IMG/VR virus record: IMGVR_UViG_3300014050_000004
Location: 32,001-96,000 of that record
Strand: one strand, 5' to 3'
Source of the DNA: a virus
Length of the DNA: 64,000 nucleotides
Below are positions 1 to 8,542 of this stretch, piece by piece (the first letter of the stretch is position 1; every line of letters begins with the position of its first letter). A program made the translations under genes and the position numbers. The notes under the pieces are model-generated. The model searched no databases and was not told the origin of the DNA. It was given only the letters and a program-made list of their open reading frames with translations.

Positions 1-809
1 TCAATCACAGTTCCAGTGGGAGCAGCAGAAGTTCTAATTTCCTCAGCAACTGCCTGGTCAATCTTTTTGTAGTATTTTCCAGCTTCGGCGAAGGTTACGG
101 AACCCCCTGCTCCTCCACCCTTATAACCAGCCATACCCAAAGCACCCATCATACCAGACTGAGCTCTGATATCCGACATTTCGTCCTTGGCTGCTTCGTT
201 GAACTTTTTAAGGAAAAAGTTTGGCAGGGACCCAGCAGTTCTCATGACTAAGTTTATCCCTCTCTCAAACCCCTGAGCTATGCCATCTCCTATCAAGGCG
301 AATGCATTCGCTTGCAACATCGTAGAGAGCAATCCTTGTGTTTGCCCGAAACCTCTCTGAGGCTCTCCCGCAGATCTCTGCGCAGCCGAAGCAGCTCTTA
401 TGTAGTCTTCCAAAGACTTTGTGGCAGAGTTCCACTTGTTGGACTCCGCTCTTGCAGCATCAAAGCTTGAATCCCCTAAGGACTTATTCGCTTTCGTAGC
501 CTCTTCAACCCTCTCCTTATACTTTCTCAGACTTTGAATACTCTGGAACAATGTGGAATTGTAATGGGAGAATTCTTTTTGAGTTAAGGATATTTCCTGT
601 CTCAGAGACCTCAGGTCTTCGGTAAGTTTCTTGTGGGATTTTGAGCATTCTTCTGCCGTCTTTGCAATCGAAGAAAAGCTTGATTTGTTGCCTGATATTT
701 GAGATAGGGACTTTTGTAAAGAATTTAAGGAGCTTGTTACCTTTTTGAGGCCAGGGGTTATATTGTCCTTAAAATTCCCGACCAGAGTGAACGATCTTTC
801 TTGGGCCAT
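1..809 (-). CDS. Probable tape measure protein, N-terminal part (runs off the window edge)
   Basis: Not in the ORF track. ATG at 809 reads MAQERSFTLVGNFKDNITPGLKKVTSSLNSLQKSL... and stays open to position 3. Helical, Ala/Ser/Lys-rich N-terminus typical of tape measure proteins; follows a tail gene. Confidence 0.6.
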   Translation of the reverse strand, partial: MAQERSFTLVGNFKDNITPGLKKVTSSLNSLQKSLSQISGNKSSFSSIAKTAEECSKSHKKLTEDLRSLRQEISLTQKEFSHYNSTLFQSIQSLRKYKERVEEATKANKSLGDSSFDAARAESNKWNSATKSLEDYIRAASAAQRSAGEPQRGFGQTQGLLSTMLQANAFALIGDGIAQGFERGINLVMRTAGSLPNFFLKKFNEAAKDEMSDIRAQSGMMGALGMAGYKGGGAGGSVTFAEAGKYYKKIDQAVAEEIRTSAAPTGTVI

Positions 810-812
810 GCG

Positions 813-2003
813 TTACCTCTTCTGGATCAAACCTTTGTCAATTTGAGACTTCACGGCCTCAGATACGGATTTGAAGGGTCCAGGGGAACCCGCCAAAACC
901 TTGGAAGCAATGTCTCTCCCACTTTCCACCTGATAGGAGGGAACCTGAGTCAAACTCACATCAACAATCGCTCTCGTTGTTTTGCCGTCAAGGTCCCTCA
1001 TTTTCTCTTGGACTTTGATACTTTTGATAACAAAGAAACCACCTTCTTGAAGACCTGCTCCGTACACCTTCGAGTTGGCTGTAACTCTGTACACCGGAAT
1101 TTGAAGGTATCTCTTATCCCTGCTAATTGTCATTGTTAATAGCTCTTCTAGAGCCAGGATCTTATCCTCTACTGTCTTACCGAGAGAAAAACCCTCAACA
1201 AGGGCACCGTTGAGTGTCAATTCTCTCATACCTCTTACACCCCCTATCACAGGAGCTTGGTTTGCCCCAAAGATCGGCACCCTGTCAGCTTGAGCCGAAG
1301 TCTCCCAGGAAATGTCTTCTGGGGAGCATATGAAACTCCACCCTACCTTAGTAGAAGGCTTCTTTGAGGTTGGTGGAGAGGCTTCGTCAGCTGGAGTGGG
1401 GGTATTTGGTTTAGCTCCGGGATTGGGAGCGCCAGCTGGGGGTTGACTTGGGGCAGCGGGAGTGCTGTTTCCGACAGAAGAAGAGATGGCCTCAGGTTGA
1501 GCGGAAGAGATGGCTGGTTCGATTGTGAAAACAACATCGGCTCCCCCTCTTTGAGAGCCATGGGCGTACCCTCCGTAGTTAGCCCTCGGTTCCAGAGAAC
1601 CGCTGTCTCCGGGGAAGTATTGGCTTTTGGCAACTGTGGAGGAGGTTGGTATCAGAGAGTTAAGGAGTCGATTAGCTCCCAAGGATATACCAGAGTTGGC
1701 AAGGTTCCCCACCAATGTTCCAGCTGGTCCAAGAGCCTTGGAATTGACAATTGAATTTGTAACTACTTGACTCAGGGCTCCAACTCCCGTGGACAAAAGC
1801 CCTGGCGTAACTATAGACCCAATAAAGTTGGAAGATACATCTGCCAAACCCAAAGCTTTTCTCGCTTCAGCCCCAAGAGTTTGGTTCACTGCAACACTCA
1901 GGGTTGACGAAGCAAGATTGTTAACCAATCCGTCAACTGTGCTGTTTATCAGGCTGTTCTTGGATACTCTAACCGTCGGTATAACCCCACTGAATACGGG
2001 CAT
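813..2003 (-). CDS. Tail protein with C-terminal GpU/tube-initiator-like domain
   Basis: 396 aa. C-terminal WSFICSPEDISWE...RELTLNGALVEG...FFVIKSIKVQEKMRDLDGKTTRAIVDVSLTQV resembles P2 GpU/tube-initiator folds. Pro-rich linker; lies next to the putative tape measure gene. Confidence 0.45.
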   Translation of the reverse strand: MPVFSGVIPTVRVSKNSLINSTVDGLVNNLASSTLSVAVNQTLGAEARKALGLADVSSNFIGSIVTPGLLSTGVGALSQVVTNSIVNSKALGPAGTLVGNLANSGISLGANRLLNSLIPTSSTVAKSQYFPGDSGSLEPRANYGGYAHGSQRGGADVVFTIEPAISSAQPEAISSSVGNSTPAAPSQPPAGAPNPGAKPNTPTPADEASPPTSKKPSTKVGWSFICSPEDISWETSAQADRVPIFGANQAPVIGGVRGMRELTLNGALVEGFSLGKTVEDKILALEELLTMTISRDKRYLQIPVYRVTANSKVYGAGLQEGGFFVIKSIKVQEKMRDLDGKTTRAIVDVSLTQVPSYQVESGRDIASKVLAGSPGPFKSVSEAVKSQIDKGLIQKR

Positions 2004-2006
2004 ATC

Positions 2007-2726
2007 TTATCTCCAACCTTGGCTGCGGACTTTCTTGTCCAAGGACTTTACCTTGTTGTTCCCAACTCTCTTCACACCCTCCTTTTCCAGAGTGCTCAAG
2101 GATCCTTCGGACATTCTGTATGTCGTCAACCACCCTTTACTTGTGGGAGCAATTTCGAATATGAACAGATGGCCTTCATATTCAAAGGTTCCAGAAAAAG
2201 TGCCATCTTCTTCCTGAAGGAAGTTGTTTTCAGATGAGGGGAACTTTCCTTTCTTGCTTCTTATTCTGCTCACTCTTGCTCCAAAAGAATCCTCGATTAC
2301 CTTACTTAGAACTTGCTCAACTTTCTCAGCGGCACCAAGGTTGTCCTCAAGGAAATCAAAACTCTCGGTTGTCTGGTCCCCCAAGAAAGATATTGCATCA
2401 AGGGAGTGTATAGAGTCAATGTCAGGCCACTCTAATGGGTCAACTTTTGACAAAGACTCCACAACCTCCTCTAACTCCGCAGCATCAAGAAATTCCGTGC
2501 CCTGCATCCTTGAGATCAAAGGTAGCATGGACACTGCTCCATCTGAGTATTCGTGATAAAAGTGAGCGAGGTAGGACTCTGGTATGTTTTCCGGAAATTT
2601 GCCACTGGAATCCATAAGAGTGCTCAACCCTTTAAGATAAGTGCTTAAAAAGTAATGGTCAGCTCCCATCAACAATGCTACTCTATGTAAACTTACCCCC
2701 TTCCAAAAACTCTGTTTATCCAACAA
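2007..2726 (-). CDS. Hypothetical protein (true start possibly 2669, MGADHYF)
   Basis: 239-aa ORF in tight co-directional packing. GGGTAAG at 2692-2698 lies 23 nt upstream of ATG 2669. C-terminal NNFL..E.G.F.GTF motif shared with 59108..59683. Confidence 0.65.
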   Translation of the reverse strand: MLDKQSFWKGVSLHRVALLMGADHYFLSTYLKGLSTLMDSSGKFPENIPESYLAHFYHEYSDGAVSMLPLISRMQGTEFLDAAELEEVVESLSKVDPLEWPDIDSIHSLDAISFLGDQTTESFDFLEDNLGAAEKVEQVLSKVIEDSFGARVSRIRSKKGKFPSSENNFLQEEDGTFSGTFEYEGHLFIFEIAPTSKGWLTTYRMSEGSLSTLEKEGVKRVGNNKVKSLDKKVRSQGWR

Positions 2727-3496
2727 GAAGCTTCCGTCTCGTTGAACTCTGAACAGATGTCATACATACGCAAATTATCATCGCTCGTTTTTACCATCGG
2801 CCAAGGAGCCCAATGAAGAGTACATTCATGGGAAATGTTCAAACCTTTCTCCCTCACAGTAACCTTCGCAACGTAACCTCCTTCCAGAGGATTGCTTCTC
2901 TCCGAGACGAATTCTATCTTGTCTGTGAAAAAGTCTCCATACGACAACAGGTGTTTGGAAAATTTGACTTGAGTCTCCGCAATGTCTTTCACAACTCTAT
3001 CCGGAGTTCCGATGACTTCAGACACAATGTGTTCTCCGGCATTTGTGAAACTCCCGGAGAAGTAGTCTCTTAGTATTTCATTTTTGTTTACAAACCTTTG
3101 GTCTCCCCTTGCACCGACCATATCGTTGTAGCTTTCAACGAAATCGGCATCTCTTTTGTTGTCGAAACTCAACTTGTTCATCAAGGCATACAGGAAAACC
3201 CTAATTTCAAGCAAACTCTCGATGATCTTTTTGAGGAAAGTTTCTTTCTGGTTGCAGACCAGCGGGTACAATGCTCTGACGTCTCCACTCGTTGCAAAGA
3301 TCAGAGCGTCATAAGCCGTGACCTTCTCGCTGTAGTCCCGGAATTTCACCTCCACGAGCCCCAAGAGAATGCCCTGGTCCACCCCGTTGCGTAAAGGTCC
3401 AAAGTCGTTTGCCACAAACACGATCGCCATGAGCAGGTCTTTCCTGTCACATGCTTTCACTGCTCCGACTTTTTCAAGGAAACTGGAAACTCTCAT
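2693..3496 (-). CDS. Hypothetical protein
   Basis: 267-aa ORF overlapping its neighbours by a few nt to 34 nt; no recognisable motif. Confidence 0.7.
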   Translation of the reverse strand: MRVSSFLEKVGAVKACDRKDLLMAIVFVANDFGPLRNGVDQGILLGLVEVKFRDYSEKVTAYDALIFATSGDVRALYPLVCNQKETFLKKIIESLLEIRVFLYALMNKLSFDNKRDADFVESYNDMVGARGDQRFVNKNEILRDYFSGSFTNAGEHIVSEVIGTPDRVVKDIAETQVKFSKHLLSYGDFFTDKIEFVSERSNPLEGGYVAKVTVREKGLNISHECTLHWAPWPMVKTSDDNLRMYDICSEFNETEASCWINRVFGRG

Positions 3497-4530
3497 TACA
3501 ACACAGTGGGGGCTTCAAGGTTAATTTTTACAAACTGCTTCAAGGTTTGATCAAAGTGGTCACTCAATATGTTCGGGGCAGGGTCGTTCACGCACTCCAC
3601 AAGTTGTGAGAACCAAGGGGCCACCTTCTCAACAACAAAGTCTGTGTTAGGTTCACAAAGGTCAAACAGACACTTTGGGCTTCCAGGGGGCAAGTTGTCC
3701 CCCATGTCACCATGTTTCACTTTCCACTCTGCGAGGTTTTTGGGGTGGTCAAGATCAAAACCCATTTTGTGTTTTGTGTGTTCAATAACCCCAAGATTGC
3801 CAACTAGCCTCTCTTGTATCTTCTCCCTTGCAAAAGGTACTCTAGTGTTTGCAAAGTACACCCTGTGGTCTTCGTCAACCAACTGGCTCCAATCTCTGTC
3901 CAAAGTTGACATGAGTATTTGGCGCTTTCTAACTACGCTCTCTGGGCTGCTGTCCCTGCTAAGCCTATATATGCAACCCATGATGTCATCAGCTTCGAAA
4001 CCTTCTTGAGAAAACACAGGGAAGTAATTGTTGACGTACTCCCAGCCAATGTCGTGAATCCTCCAGAACTTGTCGTCCTTTTCCTTCCTGGTGCCCTTGT
4101 AGTTTGTTGGTATGCTGGACAGCTCAACCTTCTCCTTCTCAGCATAGTTCATCCAGGCTGTTTGGACCTCTGCAGAGCGTCTCATATATCGGTCTCTCCA
4201 GTAGTTGCCAGTGTCCTTGAAACGAGAGTCTGCAATTACAACGATTCTGTAGGGGTGTCGAGGTAGCATGTCCGGTCCCCTATTGATTCTCAGAGCCCAA
4301 GCCCCCTTGATGAGTTTGTCTTCCACATCTTCGGAAAAGTCACCTTCTATGGTGTTCTCAAACCAGTACTTTACGGCATGCAAGTACACGAAAAAGTCAA
4401 CGACCACTAACGGCGCAGGGCTAAAGTCCAGCTTGATATGGTTCTCTAACTTGGGTCTGTTCATGAGATTCTCGGCATGGTGAGTTCCATATAAAAGGTC
4501 GGATAAACTCTGTTTGTTTCCCCGAACCAT
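3496..4530 (-). CDS. 5'-3' exonuclease / flap nuclease (T4 RNase H, T5 D15, Pol I 5'-nuclease family)
   Basis: Acidic catalytic motifs VVDFFVY, IADSR, YKGTR, GFEADDIMG, STLDRDWSQL, HGDMGDNLP. Confidence 0.85.
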   Translation of the reverse strand: MVRGNKQSLSDLLYGTHHAENLMNRPKLENHIKLDFSPAPLVVVDFFVYLHAVKYWFENTIEGDFSEDVEDKLIKGAWALRINRGPDMLPRHPYRIVVIADSRFKDTGNYWRDRYMRRSAEVQTAWMNYAEKEKVELSSIPTNYKGTRKEKDDKFWRIHDIGWEYVNNYFPVFSQEGFEADDIMGCIYRLSRDSSPESVVRKRQILMSTLDRDWSQLVDEDHRVYFANTRVPFAREKIQERLVGNLGVIEHTKHKMGFDLDHPKNLAEWKVKHGDMGDNLPPGSPKCLFDLCEPNTDFVVEKVAPWFSQLVECVNDPAPNILSDHFDQTLKQFVKINLEAPTVL

Positions 4531-4673
4531 TCCCCATTATAAAACTCCCAAATTTTCACCTCGTTAGGGTTGAACTCCCCAAAGGAGTCTTCGAAAGCTA
4601 CGAGATAAGGGCCATTTTTTGTTGGAAGATCCTCCAGAAGTTTCCAAGTGCCTCTGATAACCTGATTGTTCAT
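4461..4673 (-). CDS. Small hypothetical phage protein (DUF551-like)
   Basis: Start revised to ATG 4673, an ATGA overlap with the thyX stop. Reads MNNQVIRGTWKLLEDLPTKNGPYLVAF...WEFYNGEW...TFYMEL, a common W..LP...YLV...W pattern. Confidence 0.55.
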   Translation of the reverse strand: MNNQVIRGTWKLLEDLPTKNGPYLVAFEDSFGEFNPNEVKIWEFYNGEWFGETNRVYPTFYMELTMPRIS

Positions 4674-5389
4674 TTTTCTAGGGTTTCGGTGTGGAAGTAA
4701 GCTTCGTAGGTTAATGGTAAAACGTCTTTGATAACACTTTTGATGGCTCTTGCAAGTTCGCAATGCTCATGTTGAACTACTCCCTCTTCGTCTCTTACCA
4801 TCAAATAGTGGACAAATGACCTTACGTCTCCAGTTACATAGAGTCGGGTGTACACTCCCTGAGGAAGTACGAATCTTGCAACTTCCTTCGCCACCCCCAT
4901 GTCTATGAGGTTGGTGTAGGCTTCTATGGAAGCCTTGTAGGCATTCTCCATTTCTCTTTTCATGGAAGCTGTGAGAAATTCGCTCTCAGTGGGAATGCTT
5001 TTTTGTCTGTTTTTGGAGTCTTGCTCTCGCGCAATTTCGGGGATGTAAAACATTTCCATATAGGCGTTCAACCCAGAGGTATGTTTACGCATTAGCTCCT
5101 GGTTTTCGTACCTACCCGAAAATTGCTGAAACTTGAACGACCTGTGTCTCAGAACTTGTATGGAGATTGCCAAGGGAGTAACTACTTCTACGGTTAAATG
5201 GCCGTGTTCAAACACACTGACGTGGCCTTCCCTTTGACAGTACCTTAATAGATTTACAATGTTAGGGTTTTCCTGGTTCTTGCTCGTGACCCTAGCAATG
5301 TAAGCTATAACTTCTTCGATATTTGGGGTTGCACTGACTAGGCGAGCTTTTGATGACCCTTCGATACTCCAGATGTTGGTATTTTCCAT
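4670..5389 (-). CDS. thyX: Flavin-dependent thymidylate synthase
   Basis: ThyX signature RHR-x7-S (RHRSFKFQQFSGRY); also HVSVFEH, EVARFVLPQG and QHEHCELA. Confidence 0.95.
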   Translation of the reverse strand: MENTNIWSIEGSSKARLVSATPNIEEVIAYIARVTSKNQENPNIVNLLRYCQREGHVSVFEHGHLTVEVVTPLAISIQVLRHRSFKFQQFSGRYENQELMRKHTSGLNAYMEMFYIPEIAREQDSKNRQKSIPTESEFLTASMKREMENAYKASIEAYTNLIDMGVAKEVARFVLPQGVYTRLYVTGDVRSFVHYLMVRDEEGVVQHEHCELARAIKSVIKDVLPLTYEAYFHTETLEK

Positions 5390-5390
5390 T

Positions 5391-6050
5391 TCAGAATCCT
5401 AGGTCAATTTCGTCTGCTTCAACCTTCGAAGGGTCGTACTCTCCGGCCATGATTTGCATCAGCTTCAATGTGCTCATGCAGTCCACCAAAGAGTCGTGCG
5501 CCATTCCAGCACCGAGCTTTGGCAACTTATGCCACCTTAGACCCTCTTTCTTCTCGTTCCACTCTCCCTTGAACTCGGAATACTTTTCCATGGCACAAGA
5601 GATGCCAGATACTTTGGGAACCTTCAAAGAATACTTTTTGAACAAACTCCACAGAAGCTTGATGTCAAAGCCACTGTTGTAACACACAACGTGCTTGTCT
5701 TCTAATACGAAGCTCAGAAACTTTGCAACTTGGGGGAATGTTGGCAAAGACTCAACATCTTCATTGGTGATCTTATGGATACTCATGACCTTTTCTGTCA
5801 TCGGCTTGTTAGGCTTGACCATTACCGAAAGCAAAGGTCTTCCTTTCACGTTGATGACGCTGACCTGACATACTTCGGTATCGGGATCTTCACTAGGCAG
5901 TCCCGTGGTTTCAGTATCAACAATCACGGTGTTGGGGTCGGAGAGCCTTTCTATAGCCCATTCTTGAGCTCTGCTTTTGAACTCACTAAACTCTAACTCT
6001 GTGGGTTTCACTGCTTCAAAAAGTGTTTTTAGAGGGGTGTACTCAACCAA
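5391..6050 (-). CDS. DEDDh 3'-5' exonuclease (DnaQ/epsilon-like)
   Basis: ExoI VIVDTETTG, ExoII CYNSGFD and ExoIII AHDSLVDC motifs. Confidence 0.9.
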   Translation of the reverse strand: MVEYTPLKTLFEAVKPTELEFSEFKSRAQEWAIERLSDPNTVIVDTETTGLPSEDPDTEVCQVSVINVKGRPLLSVMVKPNKPMTEKVMSIHKITNEDVESLPTFPQVAKFLSFVLEDKHVVCYNSGFDIKLLWSLFKKYSLKVPKVSGISCAMEKYSEFKGEWNEKKEGLRWHKLPKLGAGMAHDSLVDCMSTLKLMQIMAGEYDPSKVEADEIDLGF

Positions 6051-6261
6051 TAGTATAGTCCACAGAGCCCTCGGGTAACTCGTTCACCGAATAATAATCC
6101 CTGTTGATCCTTTCTTTCCACTCCAAAACCTTAGTGAAGGCCAAGATGAGATCTGTAGAATATCCATGCACTCTTTCCTTGTCGTCTGGACCGTCCGAAA
6201 GGCAAAACTCATACACTTCTTGCCCGTTTGGGCTCTTGATGGTCGTAATTTCAAGTTTCAT
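6043..6261 (-). CDS. Hypothetical protein
   Basis: 72 aa; overlaps both neighbours in operon-like packing. Confidence 0.6.
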   Translation of the reverse strand: MKLEITTIKSPNGQEVYEFCLSDGPDDKERVHGYSTDLILAFTKVLEWKERINRDYYSVNELPEGSVDYTIG

Positions 6262-6620
6262 TAATCGTATCTGATTGGTAGTATACCAAAGTCCTCTGTG
6301 TCATACAGTCCCCTGTCAATTGACTTACCACCGAGCCTTCTGTAAGAATACACTTTACCCGTGAAAAAGATCCTCTCATTTCTTTCCGGGATTTTGCCTA
6401 TTTTCGAGAACTGCTTTCTCAGAATCCACAAATGGTCAAGGTATAGGGACTCTCCAAGAGGTATGGGAGTGACAATAACATTCACCAGACAGAGAGAGTC
6501 TAGATCCTTACGGGTACTATGTTTCCTAAGCTCCTTGATCCTCCCTGAACAATGAACTTCGGTTCCCTTGAGAAACTTTAAATCTTCTCTTTGTCTAATT
6601 ACTGTTGATTCCTCAAGCAC
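6261..6620 (-). CDS. Hypothetical beta-rich (OB-fold-like) protein
   Basis: 119 aa; pattern F..GR..E.R....CLVNV...DHLW...ERIFFTGKVYSY. Confidence 0.55.
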   Translation of the reverse strand: MLEESTVIRQREDLKFLKGTEVHCSGRIKELRKHSTRKDLDSLCLVNVIVTPIPLGESLYLDHLWILRKQFSKIGKIPERNERIFFTGKVYSYRRLGGKSIDRGLYDTEDFGILPIRYD

Positions 6621-6661
6621 TCAAAGCAAGACTCTATTTCAATTCTACCCTCGAAGAAATC

Positions 6662-6668
6662 GGGTAAA
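6662..6668 (+). promoter_or_regulatory. GGGTAAA candidate late-promoter element
   Basis: Precedes the plus-strand ORF (GTG 6680 or ATG 6695). A divergent variant GGGTAGA lies on the minus strand at 6644-6650, before 6620. Confidence 0.55.
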
Positions 6669-6679
6669 GTTATCAGCAT

Positions 6680-7444
6680 GTGAAAACAACCTTTATGCTG
6701 GGTAAAGAAACTTTCGGTCTGAACAAGGGAGAATACGCCGACAAGCTAGGGAGAATCATTAACAACTTTCCCGTCAACTCACGGCTCATTGGGGAGCCTC
6801 GGGAATTTGTGCTGAGGTCTTGTCGCCTGGTGCAAACGTGGGAGAAGTTGGCTAATGACCCAGAGGTGCGGCTCTATGTTAGAAATATATCCATAGCTGG
6901 GGGAAGGAAGGTCAAACTCTTGAGCCTTGAGTTGAACCATACTAAGCAACCCGTTCCCAAAAACAAGCTCATGGACGCTCTTTTTCCACCTAAGAAGATT
7001 AAGTCTTCGGCAACTTCGGAGGAGAGCCACTACAACAAGGTCAAATCTGCAATGAGGTTTGGAGTTGGGGACCAACTCAAAGATTTCAGATCCAAAGCCA
7101 AACTACCTACCGTGTGCTATATATCCGGGAAAGAACTTCGCAGGGGAAACCGTATAGATGTGGACCACGTGGGAATGTCTTTCTCTGAGATAGCAGATTC
7201 TTTTTTAGCCTCAGAAGGTCTTGTTTACACTGACGTTTATTTGGTTGGCCCTCCCACCGCAAAAAGATTCAAGGACCCTTTCCTATGGGAAAGGTGGCAA
7301 TCCTTTCACAAGGAGAAGGCCCAATTCAGCTTGGTATGCGCCTCTGCTAACCGCTCTAAGGGAGCAGGAGACTACAAAACCCCGGAAAGTCTGTACGGGA
7401 GTTTTTCACGGGAAGACCCCGAAGATCTAGCCTTGGACTTTTAG
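6680..7444 (+). CDS. Putative His-Me finger (HNH-like) protein with DCL/DUF3223-like N-terminus
   Basis: C-terminal IDVDHVG...WERWQSFH...LVCASANRSKG. N-terminal KGEYADKLGRIINNFPVNSRL..E..EFV resembles DCL-family domains. One of only two plus-strand genes. Confidence 0.45.
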   Translation: MKTTFMLGKETFGLNKGEYADKLGRIINNFPVNSRLIGEPREFVLRSCRLVQTWEKLANDPEVRLYVRNISIAGGRKVKLLSLELNHTKQPVPKNKLMDALFPPKKIKSSATSEESHYNKVKSAMRFGVGDQLKDFRSKAKLPTVCYISGKELRRGNRIDVDHVGMSFSEIADSFLASEGLVYTDVYLVGPPTAKRFKDPFLWERWQSFHKEKAQFSLVCASANRSKGAGDYKTPESLYGSFSREDPEDLALDF

Positions 7445-7445
7445 G

Positions 7446-8495
7446 TCAGGGTACGACCTGGGTATATTTGAAGGTGACTGTGAATGCCGAGGGAGAAACG
7501 CCTGTGTTCGTCACTCTGAAGAACATTCCAGAGGTTGTGTAGAATGCTGGCACTGGCACGAAGCTAATGTCGTACACTGAGAGAGAAGTGACAGCTTCTG
7601 CTGCGAACCCAGTACTTGCGCAGGGGTAAGGAGCACCCGGAAGTGTCCGAGTATCCGAACTTCTGCCTGCACTTGTAGTGTATCCCCGAATCCAGGCACT
7701 CGAGGGTGTTGTGGTGCCTGCAGATATAAGGAAAAACAGAGTCCCAAAGTCCAAGTTGAAATCTTGGTAAGACCCTGCGTTCAGCGAAGCTGTTGTGAAG
7801 GTGAGGGTTTCTACGGTTGGAGTGGGAGGCACAGGTGCTGCGGCCCACTTCATCCCCAAGGGCTCAGCAGGATCAGCAACAAGGTACTCACCTGTGTCTC
7901 CAAGAGGTAGTATATCTGGAGTGTTCGGCCCCGAGCCTACAATCAGGTCGCCCTTGGCATCGATAATGGAGTTCTGAATCGAATCTGTTGTGGGAAGTGG
8001 AGCCCACTTCATCCCCAAAGGTTCGGAGGGGTCGGCAAAAAGGCACTCTCCAGTATCTCCGATTGCCAGAATGCTTGGGTTGTCGTTGGACTGACCCACA
8101 ATCAGGTCACCTTTCGCAGCAATTATAGAGTTCTCAATGTAGTCCCCACCTGGGCCAGGGTCACCCGACCCTGTTGTAATCCATGAGGATCCGTCCCATA
8201 TTTTGAGCAAAGGGTTACTCTCGCTTGTTGTGTCAAGCCAAAATTCACCTTTACAGTTCCCCGCATATCCGGCAGGATCGGAATTTGGAGGGTCGGACCC
8301 TACGAAGCAAGGGCCAATCTTAACCAACTCCCCATTATTGCTGTCGGAAAAGTACAGTCCGGGTTCGGCCAAGTTGATGTTGATGGCTGGTTGTCCATCT
8401 AACAGCAAGCTTGGGTTCGGCCTTTTGCTAGCTACAGAAGACCTGAGAAGTTGGATCGGAGTGATTATGTCTGAGCTGCTTGATGGCGAAGGCAT
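7446..8495 (-). CDS. Tail fibre / fibre-associated structural protein
   Basis: N-terminal IQLLRSSVASKRP...GQPAIN...PGLYFSD...LVKIGP...GEFWLDT...KIWDGSSW module, shared with 12669..17477. Internal tandem repeat with a 53-aa period. Confidence 0.65.
   Translation of the reverse strand: MPSPSSSSDIITPIQLLRSSVASKRPNPSLLLDGQPAININLAEPGLYFSDSNNGELVKIGPCFVGSDPPNSDPAGYAGNCKGEFWLDTTSESNPLLKIWDGSSWITTGSGDPGPGGDYIENSIIAAKGDLIVGQSNDNPSILAIGDTGECLFADPSEPLGMKWAPLPTTDSIQNSIIDAKGDLIVGSGPNTPDILPLGDTGEYLVADPAEPLGMKWAAAPVPPTPTVETLTFTTASLNAGSYQDFNLDFGTLFFLISAGTTTPSSAWIRGYTTSAGRSSDTRTLPGAPYPCASTGFAAEAVTSLSVYDISFVPVPAFYTTSGMFFRVTNTGVSPSAFTVTFKYTQVVP
7842..8132 (-). repeat. Coding tandem repeat, two ~44-aa units with a 159-nt period
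   Basis: NSIIAAKGDLIVG...GDTGECLFADPSEPLGMKWA (8001-8132) versus NSIIDAKGDLIVG...GDTGEYLVADPAEPLGMKWA (7842-7973). Confidence 0.85.
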
Positions 8496-8527
8496 TTGGA
8501 TAGCGGTTGTAAATGCAATAAGTTAAA

Positions 8528-8534
8528 CTTACCC
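8528..8534 (-). promoter_or_regulatory. GGGTAAG candidate late-promoter element
   Basis: Intergenic, 33 nt upstream of start 8495. Confidence 0.6.
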
Positions 8535-8542
8535 GGAAAACG

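Noticed and set aside
3420-3428. CGATCG sites as cyanobacterial HIP1 repeats (also near 11137, 43023, 62852)
   Set aside because: None is the full GCGATCGC octamer and they are sparse; not usable as host evidence.
6700-6706. GGGTAAA copies inside coding sequence (6700, 17744, 21456, 29686)
   Set aside because: They can arise from Gly-Lys or Arg-Val codons. Not counted as firm promoters, although 17744 and 21456 do lie 44-76 nt before a downstream start.
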